64,000 nucleotides of DNA, taken from Octopus vulgaris (lineage: Eukaryota). The stretch lies in NCBI GenBank assembly GCA_951406725.2, contig OX597825.1:62806001-62870000 (forward strand), read 5' to 3'. Position numbers and translations under genes: made by a program. Below, in pieces: positions 12,705 through 25,989 of the stretch (positions are counted from its first letter, which is position 1; each line of letters begins with the position of its first letter). The notes beneath the pieces were generated by a model, which was given only the letters and a program-made list of their open reading frames with translations, did not search any database and had not been told where the DNA came from.

Positions 12705-13810
12705 TTGGGTCATCTCATTTCTCATAAATGATGCAGTTTTTTCAATTGCATGAACTAAAAGTTAGAGGGTGACAGGATAAACTACCTGCATCAACTTACT
12801 ATAAAAGCAGGTATTAATTTTGCTTTATAGTTATTCTTAGTGTAAGTTTTGAACAGTGCAGTTCACTTTTAACAATTACTTTTTCAAATCTATAATGGAA
12901 GTGACAAAGGAGCATATTTGGCATATTTTACTTTATGGGATCAATAATAGCACAACACAATGGAATGTGCAAAGAATATTGATGCAGTATATGGGTATCA
13001 GACAATAAGCATTAGCCAGTGTCAACGGTGGTTCCAAAAATTATAAGCCGAAACTACAGCTTAGAAGATGAGTCTCATCCTGGAAGATTTGTAGAGCTTG
13101 ATGAGGATGTCCTGCAAATCCTGATGGAACAAAATCCTATCATAACTGTTGAGGAACTTTCAGAGAAGCTTGGATTTGGTCACTCAACTATTAATCAACA
13201 CCTGAGTGCCATAAGAAAAGTCAGCAAATTGGGTCAATGTGTTCCTCACAAACTTTCCAAGATTAATCATATACAGAGAGTGAATGTGTGCTCTTTGCTG
13301 TCACATCCCAAGAGCGAGCCATTTTTGGACCGAATAGTGACGGGTGATGATGAGAAAGGGTTCTGTAAAAAATGTCAAGTGCCAAAGACAGTGGGTAGGG
13401 AAAGGAGAAACACCAGCACCCCAGGCTAAAGAAGGTCTTCACCCATGTAAGGTGTTGTTATCTGTTCGGTGGGGCATGAAAGGTTGGAACAGTTTGAATG
13501 GGAAACAATGCCTCACCCACCATATTCGCTGGACATTTTCCCATCTCATTATCATTTATTCTGCAGTCTTCAAAATCATTTTGATGGAAAAAATATAAAT
13601 TTTGTTGATGAGGTCAGAACAGTATAGGAGGAGTATTTTCCGTCAGACAAATAAATTTTGGAAGAGAAACCTTGCAAGTCTTCCAAATAGATGGAAGATT
13701 ATTTTTGAAAATGAAGGAGAGTATATTTTAGATTAAAAGAACTTTGTTTATCTTAATTTTGAAAAATAAAAGAATTTAAAAAAATCCACTTTATTTATGG
13801 GATGACCCAA
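12705..13810 (+). mobile_element. mariner (DD34D) element, frameshifted and internally deleted transposase
   Basis: TIRs TTGGGTCATC / GATGACCCAA flanked by TA; start MEVTKEHIWHILLY at 12895; CVPHKL (WVPHEL), FLDRIVTGDDE, LHPCKVLLSVRWG. Confidence 0.92.
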
Positions 13811-14294
13811 TATGTATATATTTCTATAGGTATATCAAGCATATGTAAGTATATGCCAATGCAGTTTTTGATATCTGTGATTGCTTGTACAAAGGTGGTT
13901 GTCGTTGTCGTGTTTTTTTATGTCAAAAATTTTCTCCAGATAATTTGTGCCTTCAAAAGCATTTAGAATAAGTTAGCTCTTACTTCAAAAAAAAGTCAAG
14001 ATTAGAGTCTAAAACGGGCATCTGGCTGTAAAACAATACCTCAAATAACTTATTCTTCCAATCCATGCAAGCATTGGAAAGTGAATGCAAAGGGAAAGGA
14101 TGAACAAATGAATTAATGGTTTGATCTCAGAATGTTGCTAGTCTCTTTATTTCTGAATGTGTTCATAAGCAGCCAAATGGTAGATTCCTGTGTTGGTGGT
14201 ATTTGTTGCTGCTGTTGGCAATCTGAGTTCAAATCATGCTAAGTTCTATTTTGCCTTTCAGACTTTCAGCACCTATAAAATGTAAAAGACGAAC

Positions 14295-14673
14295 AGGTGT
14301 GGCTGTGTGATAAGTAGCTTGCTTACCAGCCACATGGTTTTGTGTTCAGTCCCACTGCATGGCGCATTGGGCAAGTGTCTTCTACTATAGTCTTGGGCTG
14401 ATCAAAGCCTTGTGAGTGGATTTGGTAGATGGAAACTGAAAGAAGCCCATCGTATATATATGTGTGTGTGTATATCTTAGTGTGTCTGTGTTTGCTCCCC
14501 AACACCGCTTGACAACCAATGTTGGTGTGTTTATGTCCTTGAAACTTAGTGGTTCAGTAAAAAAGACCAATAGGATAAGTACTAGGCTTACAAAAAATAA
14601 GTCCTGTGGTCGATGTGTTCGACTAAAGTGCTCCAACATGGCCACAGTCAAATGACTGAAACAAATGAAAGAA
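14295..14673 (+). mobile_element. SINE family B (tRNA head, CORE-like domain, internal microsatellite)
   Basis: tggctgtgtg..gttcagtcccactg..ttgggcaagtgtcttctactatag..atggccacagtcaaatgactgaaacaa. Confidence 0.9.
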
Positions 14674-14874
14674 TGCCAGCTCCTTACTAGTTCAAACCAT
14701 TCCCCTTGTCATATCCTGGATGTTCCAGTTTATCACGGAAGAGACTGTGTCTGTATTTTCTCACAACTTCATGGGACCCTTAAATCAATTAGCAAATGCA
14801 TAGCGTATGCTCTTAAGTCACACACACTTGCAAGAGATGTCTGAGGATTTTCTTTTTTGTTTTAAATTTTAAAA

Positions 14875-15360
14875 GGCATGGCTGTGTGGAAAGTAGCTTG
14901 CTTCCCAATCACATGCTTATAGGTTCAATCCTTCTGTGTGGCACTTTGAGCAGATGTCTTATACTATAACCTTGGGTTGACTAAGCCTTGTGAGTGGATT
15001 TGATTGGTGGAAACTGAAAGAAGCCCATCGTGTGTGTGCATGAGTGCGTGTGTGTGTTTGCATTCATCTGACCAACACTGCATGACAACTGGTGTCAGTG
15101 TACATTATTTACATTATTTACATTTATTTAGATTATTTACATTATTTACATTTATCCTCCGAATGTAATAATGTAAATAATGTACATAATTCCTCATATC
15201 TTAAATATAGAACTGTGGTGTCAGTGTATTTACATCACTTTAATTTAGTGGTTTGGCAAAGACAGGTAAAATAAGCACAAAGCTTAAAAGAAAGAAACAC
15301 TGGGTTCAATTCATTTGATTAAAAACTTTTCAAGATGGTTCCCCAGCATGACCACAAAAG
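14875..15360 (+). mobile_element. Older SINE family B copy, interrupted at 15103-15215
   Basis: Diverged family B sequence on both sides of the insert. Confidence 0.75.
15103..15215. mobile_element. Short fold-back insertion of the family E tail module
   Basis: (TACATTATT)n followed by inverted (AATAATGTA)n; 13-bp TSD tggtgtcagtgta at 15090-15102 and 15216-15228. Confidence 0.75.
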
Positions 15361-15880
15361 ATAAAGGATTGTACCATACTGGAATCAATGCAGAACATTT
15401 TATTTTTAAACAAAGGAAGATAACAGTGTCATTCTCTCATTCTTTCATTCTTTATGGTTGTATGAGGTTAATAATATTACAAGAAAATGTCATCGTAATG
15501 TGCCAATTTTTTAGTGAATAAAGCAAAAAGAAAATAATGTATTTAAGTTTACAAAATTGATATTTCTGGCAAAAATATTCAGTTGTCATCATGAGGTGTG
15601 GAAAGTGATGAAAGGGTTAGGAAAATTGTTGCTTCAATTAGTTAATGTATCAGCATTTATATTTTTAAAATACTGGGAATTTTTTTTTTTAGCAATCTAT
15701 ATTTCACATTCAAGAGAGTCTACTCAGAAATTTTACTGTGTCAGTAAACATTGTCTCAAGTATCATGTAGAAAAAGTACATCTCAGGAAAATAAAAATCT
15801 AAATGGATGATAGTGAGAAATTAGTATTGGAAGAGTAGAGAAAGGAGAAAGGAAAAGGCAAATGCAAGAAAGGGAGAGAG

Positions 15881-15930
<50 letters not shown>

Positions 15931-16539
15931 TTTAAGGAGGAAGTTAGAAGAGAGAGTAAGTTAAAAAAAAAGATGAGGAAATGAAAAAGGAATTGAGGAC
16001 GGAGAAGACAAGAAAGTAACGTGAGGAGGTGGGAGTAAGTGAAGGTGAAAGAGAGATGTGGAGTGATGGAGGGGAAAAAATGGAAACAAGCAAAATGAGA
16101 ATGAGAGGTGTAGAGATTGAGAGGTGAGGAATCGGAGCAGAGGAGAGTAAGGGAGAAATGAAAATTGAAAGCAGAGAATGGATAAGAAAGACGGAAAAGA
16201 TATGAAAGATGAGAAAAATAGCAGTGAGAAGAAAAGGAATAAAAAGATGAAGGTTTAAAGTTTGAGTCAGACCAGCTTAATGTTCTTCAGACTAATTAAT
16301 TCATGCTTCAACAATAGTAAAAAGGCTGATTACACATAGTGTTCAGGCTGAACTTGACAGTTTATGTTGTGTGGACACCCCCAGACGATGAAGTAAGCTA
16401 GTCCAATATGTAGATATAGAAGAAGTCTAGACGTCAGAAGACTAGAACAGAGTTTGAGTAGCAGTTATCCAAACGTGGACATAACTGTTTACATAAAAGA
16501 AAAAAGTACACAATCTCACATGCAAATATTTTAGAAAAA

Positions 16540-17250
16540 TCAAAAAAATAGTAACTAGATTGTGACAGGGAGATAACAATTTACTCAAAGTTGCTACCCT
16601 CAAATTTCACCACAGCCTCAAGAAGGCCCCAGAACATAATTCATGCATTCCTCACTGTATCCCAGGGAAGATTTTCAAATATCTCCTTGATTTTGGCCAC
16701 TAACTCAGCCCTGGTGGTATTGCAGGCTGAGTGCTTGGTGCCATTCTCAACTGCACTTCACACATAATAATCAGGCTAATGAAGTCATAGTGTTTCCCTG
16801 ACAACCACTTCTGACTCTTTCTGGAGGTACAGCAAGGGATCAAATCCTGCTGCCATACATATATCCTTGCAGCAACAATCCACTCCAGCCATGGATTAAC
16901 CACAATCTCCAGCAGTTTCACATAGCCATCTGAATAGTACTTAAATCTCCATTCTATGATATTAGGCAGCAGGACATTACACTCACTGGTGACACACTCA
17001 AAGACCAGCACAGTTTGGGGGACTTGGTTTTCGTGATAATCAGGACGTGTCTATGTCATGTTATACAGCCTTTATGACATTCACAGAGCTCTGAGCAACA
17101 GTCAGGACGTTAGCATCTTGATACCCAGTCCAAATAATCCTTTTGATGCAGTTGACTCTTTTCCAATATTCAGATGGCTTCCAGTCCTCCGTATCATAAC
17201 TTTTTCTCACTTACAACTTTGATATTTATACTCTTCAACATCATTGACTG
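16540..17250 (-). mobile_element. maT/DD37D-type transposase remnant
   Basis: ORF 16700-17011: VFECVTSE..SDGYVKLLEIVVNPWLE..YVWQQDLIPCCTSRKSQKWL resembles the QQDSAPCHTS..TQ.WL region. Confidence 0.75.
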
Positions 17251-18537
17251 TTTGCCAATACATCAAGTTCTTCTGGAAGATAAGGACATAAAAAATTGTC
17301 AAATTTGACTCAAACAGCTGTTTTCTGGAGATTTCCACATCTTAACAGAGGATGAAGATCATTGATTATATTGGCAGAAACATATAATATAAAATTTAGG
17401 ATCTACTCAAGCTAATAAAGGAGAGAGATTCCTGGTGTGGTGTTGTGAAATGCTTCTCAGTTGTAGCTGCTTGTAGAAAAAAAGAGAGAAGATTAGCAAA
17501 TATCTTTCAAGGTGATTGTTGCAAATGTAATAAGATATCAAAATAAGTAAGGCATTTCAATGAATATGCTAAATGTGTTTTTGGTTTTAGTGTTTAAGTT
17601 CTACAGAGGTAGATTTTGCCCAAGGTTGATTCACTACTCTATATCTATATATATATATACCTTTATATATATATATATCCTGCCTATGAACTTGAGGATA
17701 ATAAATGAGAAGTGTAAAGTATACAGCTGAAAAAAGAATAGTTAGATAAAGGTGATATGTATTCCAACAGAATGGTACATAAGAATAGGCTTTTTGAAAT
17801 AAATAAAAAAGAATAGAAAGGAAGAGTTAGAAAAGCCACAAATACATAGCTTAATCAATTGTGTTTAAATTTCAGAGCTAGTTCAGTTATAAAACATAAG
17901 TGTCTTTTATTCATAGTCAAGCAGAAGTTGAGTTATTTTTATTAATTCTATTCCAAAATAGTTGGCTTGAAAAGTAAGAAGATTATTGTCTAAGACTTTG
18001 ATGTGCAAAAATAAGGATGAATTTACAAGAATTCTTAAAATATTTTCTGAATAGACAAAATAAAAAGAGACTGGATATAAATCTATTCTAAACAGCAAAT
18101 AAATTAAATTGTTCTGTAAGAACAACAAAAATACACTTTTTAAAAATATTTGTTCATTACCGGTAATAGCTAAGCATGGTCATGTAAATTCTTGCTCTAC
18201 ATTTAAATGGTGATAGTGTTCCTCCATTCAAGTGATAAAGGCTGTTATGCACCTGTATCTTTAATTCATATCTCTTATAGAGTATTTGCAGCAACAATAA
18301 ATTAAGTGCTGCAATTTGATTCGATTGCTTAAATGTCCATTCAGCGATTTCTTAAGCTGTTGTCAGTAGAATGTCCAGATGTGCAGGCATGGTTTTGTTG
18401 TTGCCAATCTTCCATGAAATACAGGGAAATAATATCTTGCCTGGCAACAAGGAGGGCGTCTAGCCATAGAAAATCTGCTTCGACATATTCTATGTGAGTC
18501 ATGTGAGCATTGGAAGAATGGGCATTGAAACAAAAAA

Positions 18538-18606
18538 GATGATGATAATGATGATGACAAAGATGATGGCGATGATGCTAACTATGATGATGACAACGAA
18601 GACAAA

Positions 18607-18679
<73 letters not shown>

Positions 18680-18711
18680 GAGGAGGAGGAGGAGAAGAAG
18701 GAGAAAAAGAA

Positions 18712-18746
<35 letters not shown>

Positions 18747-18951
18747 AGAAGAAGAAGAAGAAGAAGAGGAAGGCGAAGAAGAAGAAGAAGAGGAAGGCGA
18801 AGAAGAAGAAGAAGAGGAAGGCGAAGAAGAAGAAGAAGAAGAGGAAGGAGAAGAAGAAGAAGAGGAAGGAGAAGAAGGAGAAGAAGAGGAGGAAGAAGAA
18901 GAAGAAGAAGGAGAGGAAGAAGAAGAAGAAGGAGAAGAAGAAGAGGAAGGA

Positions 18952-18983
<32 letters not shown>

Positions 18984-19035
18984 AGAAGAAGGAGACGAAG
19001 AAGAAGAAGAAGAAGAAGAAGAAGAAGAAGAAAAA
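18538..19035. repeat. (GAT)n-(GAG)n-(GAA)n compound microsatellite
   Basis: Seen directly. Confidence 0.95.
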
Positions 19036-19081
19036 AGGAGGGGAATATGAATGAACATAGATGTTGCATAAACCTCACATA

Positions 19082-19200
19082 TGAGGGTCGGTTGAAAAGA
19101 TCATAGGCTGAACATGATACCCTCATAGAATGTGACCAAATAAGGTTTCTTTTTCAACATAATCCCCTTTGTGGTCCAAACACTTTTACCATTGGTGCTG
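19082..19200 (-). mobile_element. mariner 3' end fragment
   Basis: TA + TGAGGGTCGGTTGAAAAG TIR-like end; minus strand reads QHQW*KCLDHKGDYVEK, a typical mariner C-terminus. Confidence 0.7.
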
Positions 19201-19479
19201 CTTTCATTGTTTAGTATCTTTTTTCTATGTTAATCTATAAACAATTGGTTATTTTGCAAACTATGTTCTTTTGTGTACATAGTGATTCACTGGGTAGAGA
19301 TCATTCATAATACATCTGCTTGCTTTGCTTGTAGTATTCTCTAAGTACGCTTGTACTTAATTTTGTTATCTTTATTGTTAATGTAGGCTTGTATATAAAA
19401 GACAATATTTTTGGGATACATTTATATTGTTGAGTGTATTGTTTGGTTATATTGCATACTCTTTTGCTCTTTTACAATT

Positions 19480-19905
19480 TGACTTGTTTCAGTCATTTGA
19501 CTGCAGCCATGATGGTGCACCGCCTTTAGTCGAGCAAATCGACCCCAGGACTTATTCTTTGTAAGCCTAGTACTTATTCTATTGGTCTCTTTTGCCGAAC
19601 TGCTAAGTTACAGAGACGTAAACACACCAGCATCGGTTGTCAGGCGATTGTGGGTGGACAAACAGACACACAAACATATACACACATATACATACATACA
19701 TACATATATATATATATACATACATATATATACATATATACGACGAGCTTCTTTTAGTTTTCGTCTACCAAATCCACTCACAAGGCTTTGGTTGGCCCAA
19801 GGATATAGTAGAAGCCACTTGCCCAAGGTGCCACACAGTGGGACTGAACCCAGAACCATGTGGTTGGTAAGCAAGCTACTTACCACACTGCCACTCCTGC
19901 ACCTC
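19480..19905 (-). mobile_element. SINE family B
   Basis: Full reverse-complement match to family B. Confidence 0.9.
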
Positions 19906-19929
19906 CACACAGCCACTCCTGGAAGAAAA

Positions 19930-20145
19930 AAGGCAATGAGCTGGCAGAGGCTTTAGCATGTCAAACAAAATGCTTAGAGGCATTTCGTCTGTCTTTACAT
20001 TCTGAGTTCAAATTCTACCAAGATCAACTCTGCTTTCCATCCTTTTGAGGTTGATTAAAAGAAATACCAAATGAGCACTGGAGTCGATGTTAATCCACTT
20101 ATATACTCTCCTAAAATTGCTGGCCTTGCACCAGAATTTGAAACT
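19930..20145 (+). mobile_element. SINE family A variant (aaattgctggccttg..aatttgaaa tail)
   Basis: Family A head and core with the alternative tail also seen at 41105-41135 and 42875-42905. Confidence 0.8.
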
Positions 20146-20199
20146 GATAGTACTGGAAGAAGGGGAAGAGTCTGTTGAAGAGTTAGATTTCTAAGTGAC

Positions 20200-21295
20200 T
20201 TATGAAAGGCTGAAGCAATTATGTGGTGATGTGTTTACAAAATCTGTGTTACATGGCAGTATAAGTTGTGATCATATGTTAAAAAGAGAGGAAGACAGAA
20301 TGTGCTTTTACAAGTAGTTCATTGAAGAAAATTATAAATTCCAGAGTGTTGCACTTATAAATTCCAGAGTGTACACTGCATAGCCCTGATGGTATAAAAG
20401 GTAGTTTGCTAGCCAGAGTTTTGTATTGCTTCTTGGAATGGTTGTGAAAATCTTTTATGTGAGTACCTTGTAAGAAATTGAGCCAAAGGCTTTGCTTATA
20501 TCGAATCTTACTTGTAAGAGGTTTTGTTAATGAGGCCCTCATTTCTTTTCTATTTGGTTTATGAATGAACAGGTTGAGCGTAATGGTCTGAAACCATACT
20601 GATGGGTAGAATTGAATCAAAAATTTTGGTGCTGTTGATAGTAGTTAGAATGGCACAGGTACATTTTAATTTTGTTTTATTTTTGAAATTAACAATTATT
20701 TTCTGCTAAGGTTATGAGAGGAGTGGTCTAAATACATTTTTCTTTTATAGGAAAAGGGACATAGATTCGCCCTGTCAAGGCTTACTTTTACTAAATGTTT
20801 TGAGTGTACAAGTGTAATGGTCTGAAACTATACTGTTGGGTAGAATTGAGCCAAAAATAAAAGGCAGCAAGCTGGTAGAAACGCTAGCATGCCGGGTGAA
20901 ATGCTTAGTGGTATTTTGTCTGCTGTTACTTTTGAGTTCAAATTCCGCTGAGGTTGGCTTTGCCTTTCATCCTTTTGGGGGTCAATAAGTTAAGTACCAG
21001 TTACGCACTGGAGTCAATGTAATCGACTTAATCCCTTTGTCTGTCCTTATTTGTCCCCCTCTGTGTTTAGCCCCTTGTGGGCAATAAAGAAATAAGAATT
21101 GAGGTAAAAATTTTGATGTTGTTGATAGTAGTTAGAATGGCACACGTACATTTGATTTTTGTTTTAGTTTTGAAGTTAACAACTATTTTCTGCGAAGGTT
21201 ATGAAAGAAGTGGTCTAAATAAAATTTTCTTTTTCAGGAAATGGGACATAGATTAGCCCTCTCTTGGCTTACCTTCACTAAATGTTTTGAGTGTA
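20200..21295 (-). mobile_element. Non-LTR (Jockey/I/R1-like) RT remnant with an internal ~230-bp tandem duplication
   Basis: Minus strand reads FRPLLS, HQYGFRPLRST and FDISKAFGSISYK; block 20577-20808 is repeated at 20812-21295. Confidence 0.75.
20861..21094 (+). mobile_element. SINE family A inserted in the duplicated RT block
   Basis: Family A match; flanked by agaattgag(cc/gt)aaaaat duplication. Confidence 0.9.
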
Positions 21296-21472
21296 TGATT
21301 GACCAATAAAATGATACTTCCCTCAGGTTTTTCAAGTGCATAACATTAATTATTATGCACTTGATATTTCCCATCGTTGGGTCTACCAAATTTCTTGATG
21401 CTCATATCCATTTGATTCTTAGACTTGCAAGCTATTATGTGCGTTTACTACAAAATGATACATGTAATAACA

Positions 21473-22049
21473 TTGGGTTGTCCGGAAAGTTCATGCCGAT
21501 TTTTAAAGGAAAGAAAAAGGTCAATAAATACTTGCCATTACATTTTTAATCAACCAAATATGAATCATTTTGTTGTACAATGCATCTCCGTCTTTCCTTT
21601 AACTTGAAAATACCCTCGTCCCAGAATTGAGGTGGTTTCATGGCAAAGAATTCATCAAGGTATCTTTTTACGTCATCCAAGGAATTGACATTTTTACCAT
21701 TAAGACTATTCTGCAGAGACCTGAATAAGTGGATATCTGAAGGAGCAATATCTGGTGAATATGGAGAGTGGGGTAACACATCCCAGCCAAGCTGCAGAAA
21801 TTTTTGTCTGGTTTCCAAAGAAATGTGTGGTCTTGAATTATCATGTTGGAAAATAACACCTTCCCATTTTAAAGGGTTACATAATTAGCACAAGTTATAG
21901 GAACATAAACCTTCTTCCATGAAAAGATAGCTTAAACTGTACTCTAAATGGAGGTGTAGTTAAATCCTATTTTATGGACTCAACCATGTTCTAAAATAAG
22001 TTAAAAGGTAAGCTACTAAAAATCGGCACGAACTTTCCGGATAACCCAA
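21473..22049 (-). mobile_element. Non-autonomous mariner deletion derivative, copy 1
   Basis: ~30-bp TIRs TTGGGTTGTCCGGAAAGTTC.TGCCGATTT; FQHDNSRPH..LGWDVLPHSPYSPDIAPSDIHLFRSLQN. Confidence 0.93.
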
Positions 22050-22724
22050 TATAAAGATGTAAACATGGTTCTGTACTTAAGGTGTTTCATTCTGAAGCAT
22101 GTAGTCTCTGGTTTGGTCCCACTATGGGTAAGTGTTTACTGCAGGTCCCAAGCTTACCAAAGCCTTGTGGGTAAATTTGGTAAGTGAAAACTTTAAAGAA
22201 ACTTGTCATACATGTAAGTGAGAGTGTGTATGCGTGTGTATGTGTCTACATTTGTCATCTCCTGTCAAGAAAATCGTCTTCTATTTCTGTTCTCAGACTG
22301 CTCTGGAATAAAAATTTCCTTACCTGAAAATTGGACAAGACCTGATGACAGGAAGTGCACTGGCCATAAAACTACTCCAGCTTCAAAATTACCTCTGCCT
22401 AAGCCATGCTGGCATGGGAAAAAGACGTTATACAAAATGAGCAAATGAATGCACATCTATATAGAACAAACCATAGTGTCTTTTGCATTAACATAACTGT
22501 TAATTATCACCTAATTATATTATCTAAATGAATACAGTTTGATTTTCTATCTTTGGATATAAATTCATTTAGGTCAATAGTGATTAAATCAACTTCATTA
22601 AATAAACTTAATCTTCCAAGATGATAAAAAGAAAGTATAGAGACAAAACCAGATGCTCCAAGGAATGCTAACTTGCTGTGCAATTTCCGCCACTCTCCAT
22701 TCTTTCAATCAAGCAAATACTTAC

Positions 22725-22786
22725 CATTAAAAATTGATGAAAAGAAAATATAATTTCAATAATAAATCGAGTCATCAAAAATTAAA
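22725..22786 (-). other. Candidate non-coding or stop-containing exon
   Basis: Acceptor tctctattctccttcacAG; donor ATG|GTAAGT; stops in all three frames. Confidence 0.3.
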
Positions 22787-23955
22787 CTGTGAAGGAGAAT
22801 AGAGAACTCACTCAAAAGCACTGTGGCATTTATATAGAGAAAAGGAAATATGTTTCTGCTTGCAGGCAAGATTCTATTTTATTATAATTTGCTAATCGTT
22901 TTATCAGTTTCTAACTATACGAAACTTTTCTTGTTACTATTATGGTTTCTTCCTTATGATATACTTTAGTTTCAAATTTATATTTCTATGAAATTTCTGT
23001 AGGCAAAAACTTTGCAAGATCCAAAATGATAGTTTTTCAGAAACTATCATTTTGGATCTCACATTTTGGATACTTTTTGTAAGATAAATGAGAAAGATGT
23101 TTATTTAAATTCAAGTGCAAATGTCAATATTGCAAAGAAGGTTTGAAGTCCTATTACTCATGCACTCTACTCATGTTCCATATCAAAATATCTTATATGA
23201 AGTTGTATTTGGTTCCCATGATAATTCTTTATTGTTGTTAATTCTACATTTTAGCTTGAAATTTTTTTTTAACAAATGGATCTAATATGAATGAAGGATA
23301 TCATTCATAAAAATAATATGAATTTCCAATAAGATAAATTTCCAATGAGAAAGTGAAATATATCTTTGAAGGCAACAAGTATATAATATTATCAGATAAG
23401 AAATTGATAGTTGAGGTATTAAAAGACAAGGAAAAATATCTACATTTTGAAGATTATAGAAGAAGATCCAAAGTGTTTTTCCTAAAGATGGATTACCCTC
23501 TACTGTGAAAATGTTCTCATCAATCAATACACATGCTGGTTAAAGAGGAGCTTAATTTTTCCGCAAATCTGAGAAATTTTCATAACCTTATTCAGTACAC
23601 AAAAAATGTACGCAAAAAAAGGGAATTGCTTTTCACAATTTTATTAATTGCCTTGGCATTCTTACTATCTGTTACATAATTCAACAATTTATTAATTTTA
23701 CATTGCATCAATTTTGTATCAACTTGCTGTTCAGAATCAAAATTTTCAAGTCTGACCTGTCATCTTTCACAACATGCCCACTTCCATGAGTATACCTTCC
23801 ACCTTCAATCTTACCACTTAAGATGCAAACTCAAGTAATATGTTTATCATAGAACAGTTCCTTCTGTTACTTAGCCAAATGGTTTTGATTTCCAGTCAAC
23901 ATCCTACACAGTGAATACCTTCAGTACTTCACTGCAAATATTTTGCTATATAGCA

Positions 23956-24289
23956 AAGGCTCATGGCTCAGTGGTTAGAGCATTGAGCTTATGGTCGAGA
24001 GGTTGTAAGCTTGATTCTCGGACTGGGCTGTGTGTTGTGTTCTTGAGCAAGACACTTTATTTCACGTTGCTTTAGTTCACTCAGCTGTAGAAATGAGTTG
24101 TGACAGCACAGGTGCCAAGCTGTATCAGCCTTTGCTTTTCCCTTGGATAACATCAGTGGCATGGAGAGAGGAGGCTGGTATGCATGGGCAACTGATGGTC
24201 TTCCCTAAGCAACCTTGCCCGGACTTGTGCCTCAGAGTGTAACTTTGTAGGTGCAATCCCATGGTCATTCAGGACCGAAGGGAGTCTCA
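23956..24289 (+). mobile_element. tRNA-derived SINE (family C2: CORE-like middle, tail X)
   Basis: A-box TGGCTCAGTGG; tgtgttcttgagcaagacac; 8-bp TSD atatagca at 23948-23955 and 24290-24297. Confidence 0.88.
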
Positions 24290-24502
24290 ATATAGCATCA
24301 TGCTTTTTATGTCTAATATAAATGTTTTCCTATAATGATGGAGTGGTATAAATTTCTAAAAATTTATTTCCAGCTCTGATCATCCATGCTGTAATTAACT
24401 TCGTTAATATTACATAGAAAATAAACTGATCTGGGAATTCTATAGCAAGCTACCTGGAACATATATGGTTCTTAACTTCTTCCACCATATTCTACAACTT
24501 GC

Positions 24503-24548
24503 CTTCTGCACTGAGTACAACAGTTCAAAATTGGAAGAAATCAGATCA
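24503..24548 (-). CDS. Candidate 46-nt micro-exon with GC donor (DLISSNFELLYSVQK)
   Basis: Acceptor ctttctttttcttcccAG; donor AAG|GCAAGT (GC-AG consensus); open in phase 2. Confidence 0.3.
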
Positions 24549-25051
24549 CTGGGAAGAAAAAGAAAGTCAAAATTGCTGAGTGGAGCTCTACCTGAAGCAA
24601 ATAAGATATTATCAAATAGCTTGAAATTAATTAGTTAGATTTACTCTGCCCCACAGCTAACAAATTTGTTCCATTTATAAAAAGTTTATAAACTCTATTT
24701 ACTGATGCGAGTTATTTCTAGTTTTTTTGATCCTGCTGCTCTGTAGCTTATCTTAATAAACTTGTTACATCTGTTTAGATAATGAAAATTAGATATGTGT
24801 TTTATCAGCAGAATTAACTTTCAGAATCTAAATGAAAAAAAAAAAGGTATTATAGTTTACAATGCAAAACGTTTTATCTCAATAGAAATTTTTTTTCAAT
24901 TTTCTAAGCTTAAAAAAGATATCAGGCAATGATAGGGGATGAGAAAATGTATTTGTAATCTCTGTTGAAATTATTAAAGAATATGAGATCTGGAAAGATA
25001 TATTGGAGAATAAAAAAAAAAATTTTTATGAAGCTGAATACAAACCTGTAC

Positions 25052-25093
25052 CTTGCAGGAACTAAGTGTCCAAAACAGATGCATTTTTGGGCT
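25052..25093 (-). CDS. Candidate 42-nt micro-exon
   Basis: Acceptor gtttctctttAG; donor AAG|GTACAG; frame-preserving length. Confidence 0.25.
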
Positions 25094-25800
25094 CTAAAGA
25101 GAAACTCTAGGTTAATAATATAGAGGAACCTTGATAATGAGTAATCTTTGAAATATGATTTTGACACTATACATATATGTTCATGAACCAAATACAAGTG
25201 TCATAAAAAGGATATTATATTAGTCGCTGCTGCTGCTGAATATAAGATACTATACAAGTCACAAAACATTATTACGAGAAATAAAATGTGAAAATAAAAT
25301 AAAATAAGAAATATCAAGACAAAAATATCAAAAAACAAAAAAAAGAAGAAAAAAGCATTTGCGTTATTCCTGATAACATAAATTGTATAATCTGAAATTA
25401 CTGATATACATCTAAGAAAACAAAAACAAAGAGAAATATGATAAATGAAAATAATGCACATTGTATCTGAAGGAAACTGTTTTTATATATTTTAGATAAA
25501 CATAATAAAGCCCAATTATTTTCTAATTTCAAACATAGCAAACTATACTTTCTTTGAATTTATTATAATGAATCAAAGCAAGCGTTAGCTGTTTAGTCAT
25601 ATTTTTTGGCAAAAAGAGCCAAGATAAATTTTACAATTTTCTTCAAAGGCACTAGTTAAAGTTCCATTAATTTGTATAGTATTTCTTTTATTAATGCCAA
25701 AACTGTGATTCGGTGATGAATCCATATCACTATTTCTCTGGTCAATCAAACAAATTGTCTGATATTGGTTGAGTTTGTTGGATTACTCTGAAATATCAGT

Positions 25801-25955
25801 CAGTTTACATTATTTACATTATTTACATTTGATGGATATTTGTTCTCTTCTTGTTTGTTGTTAACACAACGTTTTGGCTGATATACCCTCCAGCCTTCAT
25901 CAAGTGTCTTGGGAAAATTTCGAACTTGGGTTCTCATTCCTAAGGTATTTTTCAA

Positions 25956-25989
<34 letters not shown>

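Noticed and set aside
18494-19126. 186-aa poly-M/poly-K ORF and overlapping poly-L and poly-S ORFs
   Set aside because: Translations of (GAT)n/(GAA)n microsatellite with no coding signal
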